A stretch of DNA of 64,000 bases from Macrostomum hystrix (taxonomy: Eukaryota; Animalia; Platyhelminthes), in the NCBI GenBank assembly GCA_950097015.1, contig CATNEN010000025.1:1550001-1614000 (forward strand), written 5' to 3'. Positions within the stretch are counted from its first letter, which is position 1, and each line of letters opens with the position of its first letter. The translations under genes and the position numbers were made by a program. The notes under the pieces are model-generated. The model was given only the letters and a program-made list of their open reading frames with translations, made no database searches and was not told the DNA's origin. Positions 23,671-35,400 of the stretch are shown piece by piece.

Positions 23671-24109
23671 GGATCTTAGACACTTCATCATCTTACAACT
23701 TCGTCATCTTATAACCTCGTCATCCACTTGGAAGGTAGGACACGTCGTCATCCAGCCGATTGGTATGCTTTAAAGTTTGGTCAGTTCGTCATCTACTAGG
23801 GCCTAATAACAAGCAATCTAGTTTGTCATTAATGAGGGTGGGGTGGTGGGGCAGAGGTATGAACACACTTCACACTCTAAGTTGTCAAAAAGAGGTGTCA
23901 AAACTGATTTCATTATAAGAGTTGAAAGATATGTGCCAACACAATGTGAGGAGGTGGGGAGGGTGGTTTTGTTCTAACTTTGAAAACTTTTGTTTTATAG
24001 ATGACAAAGTGTCCACAAGTCTAAGTCTCTTCATTATCCACCCTCTGAGATATTGGACAGATCGTCATCTGGATGACGAAGTTGTAAAATGACAAAGTGT
24101 CCAGGTACC
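23671..24109. mobile_element. Mutator-like MITE
   Basis: ~38-bp imperfect TIR (gacacttcatcatcttacaacttcgtcatc vs gatgacgaagttgtaaaatgacaaagtgtc). 9-bp flanks gccagagac/actagagac match at 7 of 9 positions. Confidence 0.7.
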
Positions 24110-24868
24110 ACTAGAGACAGACAAATAGGCCTAATCTAATGAGCTAATTATAGCTAGCCTAGGGTCAGACACTTTTCAGTTTAGAGTTTATTTCTGAAAA
24201 TCTTAAGCCATGCTTTTTGTGATTTTAGGATTGGCATCAACTGGCATGCCAATACAAAGCATAAAGTTTTGGAAATTTCATTAACTGCCAAAGTGCCAAT
24301 GCCTATATGACAATCTAATCATTCTTTTAATTGTTTCAGTTCCAAAACTGTGCCAGAACAATGCTAAAACTGTATTTTGTGTAGCTTTTAAATCTGTCCA
24401 AAATTGGCATTTAGTGTTTTCAATAAACTTATTTACTTTTAATCTACAGACTACAGGTCAAGTACTTTACTTTGTTATTCAAAAAAGTCACAATCTTTTT
24501 AAGACAGTATATAGAGCTGTTAAGTAAATTGCAGGTTTGGCACAAATTTCTATTAAAATAATTAAACAGTAAAATTTGTAGGGTTGCCTAGTGTATATAT
24601 ATAATTTCTGAAGGTTGCTATTCATCAGGCCTAATCAATAGCTATATTTATGGAGTCTAAAGTTAATTGATAATAAAACTTTTTGCTTAAACAAGATAGG
24701 GTATGTATGTAATGTATTGTCTATGTAAACATTCATTTTGAAATTCATTTTGCTGCACTTAAGTATTAGGCTAGGCCTACATATGAAAATTTGTACATAG
24801 GCCTACAATTGTTAAGGTAAAAAATCTACCTTTCTAATAAGGATTGCAGATAGGCCCCTAGCCTAGGG

Positions 24869-26325
24869 GGATTCCATGCATTTTGGTGACAGGGCTTTTT
24901 GGTACAGTGCATTTCGGTACCAGTCAGTGCTTTTCGGTACCGCTGAATTATAGTAGTAGTTTTAGTGGTAGTAGTAGATATTTTGGCACAGGTAACCAAC
25001 CTGCTAAGCCAAAATGATACAATAATTTCGATTAATGCAATACTAGAAAAATGGAACGGTGCAAATGATAGTAGTGTCTCTAAAAATAAGCACAAAAGGA
25101 ACAAATAATGGGAGCTGATCACGGAACAAAATTAGCTATTCCGTGAACATATTAACATTCTGAAACTTGATTTTGACATAAGGGATTTTTCATGCCCAGC
25201 TACTATAAGTAGAAGTTCCGGCGAATGAAATATGATAAATCTAGAGTCCACGTGGACTGTTTTCTGTGTAGCGTACACTTTAAGCCCATCCACACCCCCA
25301 GCCCATTCTTTAAGGCTCATTCACACTGCCATCAAACGAGCCATCAACTCGCATGCTTGATATACAAAGGGATGAAAAACTATGTACAAATCATACGAAT
25401 TTTGTTGAAAACTGCCATTTGATGACAGTGTGAATCGGCCTTTAGTGGACATGAGCAAACATATACACAATGTATGTACTCTATGCAGCAATCATGACAA
25501 TACATGCACATTGTCATGCATTTGACAGAGTATTGTACTTGTAAATCTTTGCATCGAATGGTAAAACTGAATATATCGTTTTGAGTGCTGAGATGTGCAT
25601 TTTATTTAAGTCGCTGTATTTTTTTGCAATGGACAACTGTGTTGTCTGCCAAAAAGTAGTCCGTCATCGTCAAGAAGGATTGCAGTGCAATCATTGCGAA
25701 CTATGGCAGCATCGAACATGCCAAAGTGGCGTGAGCCAACAGCAGTACAGTCTGCTTAAACGTCGCGAAACCTTTGAGAACAGTTGCTCAGTTTGTCGCT
25801 TAAACACTCAGCAGCCAGCACTCCAGGAGCCTGTTGTCGAGCAGCCAGCACTCCAACAGCCTGTTGTCGAGCAGCCAGCACTCCAGCAGCCTGCAGTTGT
25901 CGAGACTAGTTTTCTTCAGGAACTGTATGGATTTGCAATGGAAGTCGACGCTGGTGATCCTGCAGCTATTGTCGGTGGTGGTACAGAGGTATTAAGGCAT
26001 TGAGTGTCGTTACTAAACAGGAAAATCTTGTAACTGTATATGTACTGGAACGTTGCAGTACATTGTATTTCAGCAATGTCTTTTTGTCGTTCTCATTAAA
26101 ATATTTAAATATTCTCGTTAAAATATACCGTTAAAATATGTATTCACACGAATACAAACAGGGGAGCTAGTATAATCCTTACTCTTTAATGCTTGACTAT
26201 TTAAGGCACCGTTCGAAAAGCAGGTACCAAAATGCACTGTACCGAAAATTAAGTCACCGAAAAGCACTGACTGGTACCGAAATGCACTGTACCGAAAAGC
26301 CCTGTCACTGAAATGCCTGGCACCC
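24869..26325. mobile_element. TIR DNA transposon derivative (possibly Mutator-like) carrying a PHD-finger ORF
   Basis: ~70-bp imperfect TIRs built of reiterated gtaccgaaa motifs. Perfect 8-bp TSD gcctaggg (24861-24868, 26326-26333). Confidence 0.8.
25629..26003 (+). CDS. PHD-finger ORF inside the TIR element
   Basis: MDNCVVC...CNHC...HRTC...CSVC gives the C4HC3 pattern, followed by 33-bp QQPALQ(E/Q)PVVE repeats. Expression is unknown. Confidence 0.6.
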   Translation: MDNCVVCQKVVRHRQEGLQCNHCELWQHRTCQSGVSQQQYSLLKRRETFENSCSVCRLNTQQPALQEPVVEQPALQQPVVEQPALQQPAVVETSFLQELYGFAMEVDAGDPAAIVGGGTEVLRH

Positions 26326-27969
26326 GCCTAGGGCTTGTTGGGAACAGATTTTAGATAAAAAACATATTTGTGTATATGTTCACTTTATTAAGATCCTCTA
26401 AGGCTCTATATAATTTGAGCTTTAGTTGTTTCAATGTAACTAATTTAACCAAAACATTCTGGTAGTACAAATATATTGTTATGGTATTAACTATGCATTA
26501 CTAAATTCCTTGAGTTCAAAATAAGTTCAGTAAAAATGATTTAACCAGCAGAAAAATATTTGAATATCCTTTCTTGGAAACATTTGCTACAAAGGGTACT
26601 GGTTTAGGTGCTTTTAGAACTTTGTCTTTATTTGTGTTTGGGACCAATCAGCAGTGCTTATGTGTTAAGGTTACAAAATTCAGTTGCAGCCCCTATTCAG
26701 TCTCAGCAATGATCATTGTAAGTGCTCTCCTTAGTGCAGCAAATACCAAAAGTCAGTCTGAGCCATCTGTTGCAAATAAAAAATCTGCTGTTGTGCTGCA
26801 TCTTCTGTTTGCTTTGATTCTGTCATAATTTTAGTTCGTTTTCACAATTCTGTTGCATAATTTGCAACAGTATCCTACTGCCTGAAGGTTAAGTTTAAAC
26901 AACTTATTTGAGCTCTTGTTGCTATTATTGTTCTCCCCATCTTTTTTGGAGTGAAGGTAAGCCAATACACCAACTAGCTATGATACTTGTAAATTATACA
27001 CTAGTATTCACTTGATGATAGTAATTTGAACCTAGGCTGACACTGTGACTTAAGTGCGTCAGAACAAGAGCATTAACAGTGTGAGATAAAAGGCACTATC
27101 ATTGTGCAAAGTTAGACACATTTAAGTGTCATCATTAAATTATGTAGCATCTCTGAGTCTAGAAGATATTGCCAGTTGCATTTTTAATCTCAATGGTGCA
27201 AAAAATCAGCAACACTACCAGGTCAGCAAAGTTTTGCTGATAAAGGTCCTGTTTAAAAACTAGCTAGCTCATTCTTTGGTTCCTGCATCTCACAAGCATT
27301 AAGGACTTGTCTATCCAAAGCCAAAGCCATAGTTTATTTACCTTGGAAGTTGCACCCTAAAATGTGCTCATAAAATTTACAAATTCTATGAACTTAATTG
27401 CAATTAAGGAAGTATTGACAAAGTATAGTGTCAGCGTTTAAATGTATGTTTGCGTTGCTTGCAGGCAACTTTATTTCTCTCTAAATATTCTTTCTTTAGC
27501 TTTTTTAGATTCGAAAAATGATACTTTCTTTAATTTTGCAGCAGCAGTAGCAGTAGTAGTGGTATTTTCCCATTTATACATATTGCAGACGTCAATTAAA
27601 GGTTTAAAGCTGTGATTCTTACTGAATGTTCTCGATTCCCATTATTGTCCTCAGACTCTTGTTATACTTATTTTGAACTATCCAATCAAGAAACTTCTTA
27701 CTCTCTACTCCTCCCTCCGTCTCTCGACCAATGAGAGCGAGCCACAGCAGTGAATAGCTTTCTCATTTAGACCAAATGCACCGTTTTCTGTATTTCAATG
27801 CGCCAGTTATCTTTCTACTCTCATTCTTCTACGTTCTATGTATATTTTAAAAGGGAACTTTCAAAGTTATAGCGAATTGCCATCGTATTTCAGGCGGCAG
27901 TGTCAGCATCGGAATCGTGTGGGCCATAGTTTGTGAGGTAGAGAGAGGTGCGCCGGTCATTAATAAAAA

Positions 27970-30900
27970 ATGGACGATTCAGCAAACGCAGCAGCAGCTG
28001 CGGCTGAATCAGAAGACATTGCCGGCCTAATGTGGCCAGATAGGCCGGATAATTTTCATTTTCATTTCGCCTGCCAGCTGTGCAAAGCCGCCTGCCAACC
28101 AGCGGACCCGACTAATAGAGAGCACAGGTGCAGCCGGTGCAAGCTGGTTGTCTATTGTTGCCAGGCGCACAAACGGCTGGACAAAGCGGCGCACAGACCG
28201 TTCTGTCAGGTAAGACTTGAGTCAGCTTCTGTCGAGTGTAGAGGTTCCAATTATTTTAGCCAGAAACTCTATGGCTATAATTCCCAGTTTATAAATAATA
28301 TGTTTTCCAACGACTCAAACCTCAAATCCAATTTAATTCGAATTTAAAAGATTTCAAGCAGGCACTCAATTAATTCTCAATAAGAGGCCAAAACGTCACA
28401 TTGTACTTAAAGGATTCCAAAAAGTTATTCAATTCATACTCAAAAGATGCCAAGTAGAGCTACTCAATTCGTACTCATAAGATCCAAAGAAGTTACTCAA
28501 TCTCAAAAGATGCCAAGTAGAGCTACTCAATTCGTACTCATAATATCCCAAGAAGTTACTCAATTCGTACTCTTTAGATCCCAACTAGCTACAAAATGTG
28601 TTCTCAAAAGATTTAATTTTATCACTGTTTATCATTATCCAAAGCTTTCGCGATGCCTCTACGCTAGTACGATTATAATTTAGTGTTTAATTTTAAACTA
28701 AAAATAACTGCACTTAATCTAACAGATTGTATATTGAGCTTATCTACTAAAGAATTTTTTTCTTCGCTCAGGCTGTTAGGCGCCATCGCAAGCTGTCGCC
28801 CGGCGGCAATCTATTCTCTGACGCAATCGGTTTAGATGCCAGCGAATTCTGGCGCCTCCGTCAGAGCAAAATGCTGGCTATTTCTGGCCTGCTCGGCCGA
28901 TCACTGGCTCCGTGGGAGCGTCAGGCTCTGACTTATCCGCGCCTGTGCTGTGTCTGCTACAGCGACCGTAGGCTCAGTCTCTGTCCCGTGTGCCTATCGG
29001 CCGCATTCTGCTGCCCGGAGCACCGGCGCCAGCACGAGGCCGCTCACCGTGGCAACGCCGTGTCGCACGCTAAACTATTCAACGCCTACCTATTACTGCG
29101 CGAATTGCACTGCTGCGGTCTGCCCGAGTCCCCAATCGAACTCTATCAGCCTAGGATGAATAGGTGAGTAAATGTCGGACTCATGACTTGAAGGTCGGGG
29201 GTTCGAATCCCGACTCGGCTGTAAAAGTTTGTGTCCTTTATTATGACACCAAACTCTGCATATAGGTACACTTTTTTCTGCTCACAAAGTTTCACCATGT
29301 AACCACGTCGGCTATCATTGTTGATCGATTGGTATTTATAATATTGTTAATTATTGTACTCGTATTAGTGAACCAATATGGATTCGCGATAGAGCTTCAT
29401 ACAGAGCAATTATTAGTTGTACTTCTCACTGTGGTCTTCGACAAGAATCGCTGAATATGTCGACGATGCAGACGTCGGACGGCTTTGAAGTTCGTTAAGG
29501 GCGGAAAACTTTTTTGAATGAGGTGGACTTTTACGAAAAATCGGTCATTTGCTTTGGGAGCTTTTGGGAAGTAGGCAGTGGATGTTTGAAATGCCAGCCA
29601 GGTCTTTCCCCAGGGGAGAAATACTGTCCCCCCTGTGCGATCCCTTGGTAATTTCTGTGCAATCCCTTGGTAATTTCTGTGCAATCCCTTGGTAATTTCT
29701 GTGCGATCCCTTGGTAATTTCTGTGCAATCCCTTGGTAATTTCTGTGCGATCCCTTGGTAATTTCTGTGCGATCCCTTGGTAATTTCTGTGCGATCCCTT
29801 GGTAATTTCTGTGCAATCCCTTGGTAATTTCTGTGCGATCCCTTGGTAATTTCTGTGCAATCCCTTGGTAATTTCTGTGCGATCCCTTGGTAATTTCTGT
29901 GCAATCCCTTGGTAATTTCTGTGCGATCCCTTGGTAATTTCTGTGCAATCCCTTGGTAATTTCTGTGCGATCCCTTGGTAATTTCTGTGCGATCCCTTGG
30001 TAATTTCTGTGCGATCCCTTGGTAATTTCTGTGCGATCCCTTGGTACTTTCTGTTTATATTATCAGTCCTTGCTGCGTGATTCCTAGATCTTTTCTGTGT
30101 AATCCGATTTAGTCGATTGGTCCTTTGTCTCATGACTTTCAAGTATTATTTAGTGTCTGACAGATTACTGACGTAGCCTTTACATGCACGACACGGTATT
30201 GCTTCTATCGCTGACAAAGTAGGCCTGCCTTCTTTGCAAATTTAACAATCTAGCACACTGGCTGATGAAATCGAAAATTGAAATAAAATAATCTTAGAAT
30301 CAGTGTTGTATAAACACTATTATATAATGTTTATAGTAGGCTTTGTAAAAAGATATATAAACAATAACAATATCTTCCTATAGCTATGTGGGCGGGCGGT
30401 AAGTTGGAGAGCCTCCTAAATTGCAACGGTGACCAAGTACGGCTATTAAGCGGCTACTATTATTATAACTAAAATATTTTATTCTTACTGGCAGTTTGCC
30501 AATCGTTCCTTACAACTAAGCCTATGCGGAACCTAGCCTTATTTAGTCTATTTCTGTATCTGTCTGTTCAATCTGCTACTTGAATGCGTAGTCCGTTGCC
30601 GCTGGGAGGCGGGGGCTGTGGACTGTTTGTTTCTGTGCCCGCCCTCGGTCACCGCTGACCCGCGACAATGTCTCCTCTCACAGCGTCTAGTAGTAGTAGT
30701 AAAGTAGTTGAGCCAGCCAGTCTGAATGACTCAGCCACACCCACGCATGCTCCCACGCTGCAAGGCGCACGCACGTGGGTAAACATAAAAAACTAATTGG
30801 CAGTCTTTTATAGGGTCGTACTGAACTGAGCCTATCTATTCTATTCTTTTAATTTGTATCTAGTTCCCTTTAGTTACAATTTTCCAGTGGCCCAGAATTG

Positions 30901-32431
30901 TGTCCGTCATTCAGTTCATGCTACCTGGATGAAATGCATATGGACAACTTTTAATTTTCAACACCTTTGCTGACTTCATAGAAATATGACTTCATTTATA
31001 AGCTAGCTTAATGCCTTCATCGACCAACTATCTGCCTGTCCTTGGGTTGGTCTTTAAGACAATACCCGTCTTGGAGTTATAATTTTCTCAATTATTACCT
31101 GTCTGTTGACTCTCTATATATAGTCTTAACTACCTGTCTGTTGAGTCTCACTATATAGTCTTAACTACCTGTCTGTTGAGTCTCACTATATCGCCTTAAC
31201 TACCTGTCTGTTGAGTCTCACTATATCGCCTTAACTACCTGTCTGTTGAGTCTCACTATATAGTCTTAACTACCTGTCTGTTGAGTCTCACTATATCGCC
31301 TTAACTACCTGTCTGTTGAGTCTCCTATATCGCCTTAACTACCTGTCTGTTGAGTCTCCTATATCGCCTTAACTACCTGTCTGTTGAGTCTCACTATATC
31401 GCCTTAACTACCTGTCTGTTGAGTCTCCTATATCGCCTTAACTACCTGTCTGTTGAGTCTCCTATATCGCCTTTACTACCTGTCTGTTGAGTCTCCTATA
31501 TCGCCTTAACTACCTGTCTGTTGAGTCTCCTATATCGCCTTAACTACCTGTCTGTTGAGTCTCCTATATCGCCTTAACTACCTGTCTGTTGAGTCTCCTA
31601 TATCGCCTTAACTACCTGTCTGTTGAGTCTCCTATATCGCCTTAACTACCTGTCTTTTGTGCGTTAATTTTGCTCCAATGTGTAAATGGTATTAAGATAT
31701 ATAGAAGTGCTGTCTCGATATTGAAATGTTGCTATATATCTCCATATCTCTATTGTTACTAGTGTGTAAATGTTATTTACATTTCCTCCCAGTTTAAGCT
31801 CAGCTCTCCGCCCGTATTTTGATTTGTTTAAAATCTGCACCCGGATTTTTTAATCTGTAGCTCTGCTTTTGTCTAGCTTTTAGATAAACACTCGCGGCTC
31901 TTAGAACAGTAGAAGACTGCCAGTTTATTGGAACCTTCAGCAATCGGTCCAGTCCAGTGATTTAATGCTCTTTATTGCTCTCGCAGCTATCCGCAACTCT
32001 ATAAAATATTAAAGATTTACAAACTAGCTTCCAATCTTCTGTCCGTCGTGTTACGCTGAAAGTGTTTCCATTGAGTTTATTGCTCCTATTGCGTAATCTA
32101 CAATGGGAAACGGAGACGTAGGGTAATGATTAGGAATTTTCGGTCACACACAACACAGCGCAGCAGCTGTTAACTTTCCCATTCCTGAAGTGTCTAAATG
32201 GTGTGAACGAGGATGTCTCTAACTGTTAAATCGCTTAGCCTTGGCTTTTTCCTTCATCCAAGCCACACGAGTTAAAAGATAGTCTCGATTGTCGCTCGGC
32301 ATTGTTAATATTTAACAGAAAAAAAACACTACGCCAGTTACACAAACTTTTGTGCGACATTTTTACATTTTATCCGCAATTTAAGCTTTAAGTCATTTTT
32401 CGTTGAATGCTTGTTGACTAAGAAAGACAGG

Positions 32432-32477
<46 letters not shown>

Positions 32478-35400
32478 ACGGTATTGAGAACTCAGATTCG
32501 ACATGCCTGCAGGCGATTTGAAGTGGATTCGCGTGAATGACTATATTGTTGTATTGGCAACACTTTTCTTCGTCTTACCTTTAATGTAGTCAGACGCCTT
32601 TGCATTAAGTTGAGCTTTTTTAAAACGTACTCATGCGGCATTGCTGCTGCTGATGCGATGTAGAAGTTAGGTTGAGAGGCATTGTGGAGGAGTGAGCTGT
32701 TCTACGGAGCGGATAGCACTTTATCAGCCTAGCAGGTTTGACGCGTTAGACTGCCTGAGCTAAACAGGTGGGGATGCTCCCAGCTTCCCACTGTACACTT
32801 GAACTAATCTGGTATCTGGCGTCTCTGCGTCATCTCTCAGCTCTGCAGAGTCCTCGGTTCTTCAGAACCGCTTTTGCGACTGGCCTTGTATGACCTTCGA
32901 TTCTTCAGAGTCGCTTCTCAGACTAGCCTTGTACTTGTATGACCCTCTGTGACTTGTATCACCCTGGATTCTTCAGAGCCGCCTCTATGACTGGTCTTGT
33001 ATGACCCTGGATTCTCCAAAGCCGCCTCTATAACTGGTCTTTTATGACTCTCGGTTCTTCAGAGCTGCCTCCGACTGGTCCTGTATGACCCTCTGTACGA
33101 TCAGAGCTGCCTCTCCGAATGGTCTTGTATGACCCTCGATTCTCCAAAGCCGCCTCTATGACTGGTCTTGTATGACCCTCGATTCTCCAAAGCCGCCTCT
33201 ATGACTGGTCTTGTATGACCCTCGATTCTCCAAAGCCGCCTCTATAACTGGTCTTTTATGACTCTCGGTTCTTCAGAGCTGCCTCCGACTGGTCCTGTAT
33301 GACCCTCTGTACGATCAGAGCTGCCTCTCCGAATGGTCTTGTATGACCCTCGATTCTTCAAAGCCGCCTCTATAACTGGTCTTTTATGACCCTCGATTCT
33401 TCAGACGCCTCCGAAATGTCCTGTATGACCCTCGTTACGATCAGAGCTGCCTCCGAAATGTTCTGTATGACCCTCGATACGATCAGAGCTGCCTCCGAAA
33501 TGTCCTGTATGACCCTCGATTCCTCAGAGTCGCCTGTGACTGGTCTTTTATTACTCTTGGTTCTTCAGGGCCGTTTTTTGCTCGTCTTCTGTGATCCTTA
33601 AGTCTTTATGGCTGCCTCTCCAACTAGTCTTGTATGATCCTCAGTTCTTCAGACTGCCTCACCTACTGGAATTTTATGGACCTCAGTTCTTCATAGCCGC
33701 TTTTTCAGCTCGTCTTCAATGAGCCTCTGGTATTTAGGGTATTTAGCATCAAGTCTCTCCGACTGACCGCTTTGTCAGACTTCCTGTCTCAGAAAGGTCC
33801 CGGGTCTGCACTCTGTGAGATTGCCTTTGAGAACTAATAAATACTTCAAGAACCGATTGCTAATATAATTCAAGCGGACGTTTAAACTTTCACTTGTCAG
33901 TTTTTGGCATCAAGTAGAAATTGAAATACGGGCGTATATTTTATGTGTGCCTTCTTCTTAGCCACTAAACCGAGTTAGAGCGAGTCTTAAAGTCTATTAA
34001 GTAACTTTTAGGCTTTCGACCGCGCAGCCAAAGCTGTCCTCAATTTGAAAAGTTGGGAAAAGCTGTATTATCATTCCGTATGTTCGCATTCGTAAACAAG
34101 TAAATAATACACATTAAATACTAGGAGCGTATGTATAGGCGGGCATCAAAAGTGCTCCTTGGTTTCACAATTAGCAACGTACTTGCGCGTGTATGCCGTG
34201 CACATGTAGTACGTTATGAGGTTTTTTTTGATGATTCCGACCCCGCCCAATTTTTTGTGCGATCGGATAACGGTCCCTAAATAATCCTCTTTTTAAAGCC
34301 GAAATCCCAAAAATCATTTTTTTTGAGGATTAGCTAGATAGATTGGGGAAGGTTTTCAAGAGAGGCACATGTCACGAGCGAATTCCCATTTTGTGAGTCA
34401 GTTTTTTTACTAAACGTGATATATAATCGTAGAATGAAACCGGCTTTTAGGTCTAAATTTAGTCTAATAATGAGATGCAATCGGATGGATGCGGTGACTC
34501 ACTGTCTAGCTGGCCCATTGCCAGCGCGCCATACTAGAATACGGCTCTCACGTACTGGACTGATTATAAACGCACGCATTGCACTTAGGTCGAGAGAAAG
34601 AGAAAAAGCAGTCTAAGACAGAATGTATTGTGTGTATTGTGGGTAAGGGGATACAAATTATTAGGCTGGGGGGGGGGGGCAAGGATTTCCAGAGACCTGG
34701 AAGTGACGCTCTATAAAAATTCCCTCCCGAAAACTGGACCCACCCGAGGCCATTCGAAAACACAATATAAATATACGGAAAGCTAAGCAAGCGCCATTAG
34801 TCGAGTTATTAATAAAATCTGCGAGTCACTTTACTTTACGTTTACTTTGTGTGTCACAATTTCCTATTATGTAGAAAAAGCTAGTTTTAACGCGACTATC
34901 CAAGTTAATATGAGGAAATTTTTCATACAATTAGTTTTGGTTTTTTTTACTTAGCCCTTAGGCTGGCTCTACAAAAATGTTTTATACAATGAAACTATAA
35001 AATTTAACAAAGGAAAGTACCGAACTGCTCCAAGATATGCTATATCATTGCTTAAAACTGACAAAATTAAAGAAATTAAAGCTAGACAGATTCACTGAGA
35101 CGAAATTTGACATAGTAGAGATGACACAGTGGAGATAATATTTGACAATTATTAATATAAGATAAGATATCCCGACAGTAGTATTATGGAATCGTAGGAT
35201 TTGATCCCAACAGCAGCCTCATGGAATCGTGGGATTTGATCTCAACAGTACGAGTAGCATCATGGATTTGTAGGATTTGATCCCGACAGTAGTATTATGG
35301 AATCGTAGGATTTGATCCCAACAGTAGCATCATGGATTTGTAGGATTTGATCCCAACGTAGCCTCATGGAATCGTGGGATTTGATCCCTACAGTAGTATT

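Noticed and set aside
29149-29219. Functional tRNA gene
   Set aside because: The D-arm/A box and anticodon stem are degenerate and it continues into a SINE-like body, so I called it a SINE relic.
32579-32650. Possible first exon of a nested antisense gene (MPHEYVLKKLNLMQRRLTTLK|gtaag)
   Set aside because: Only one donor-like site; I found no downstream exon or recognisable protein similarity.
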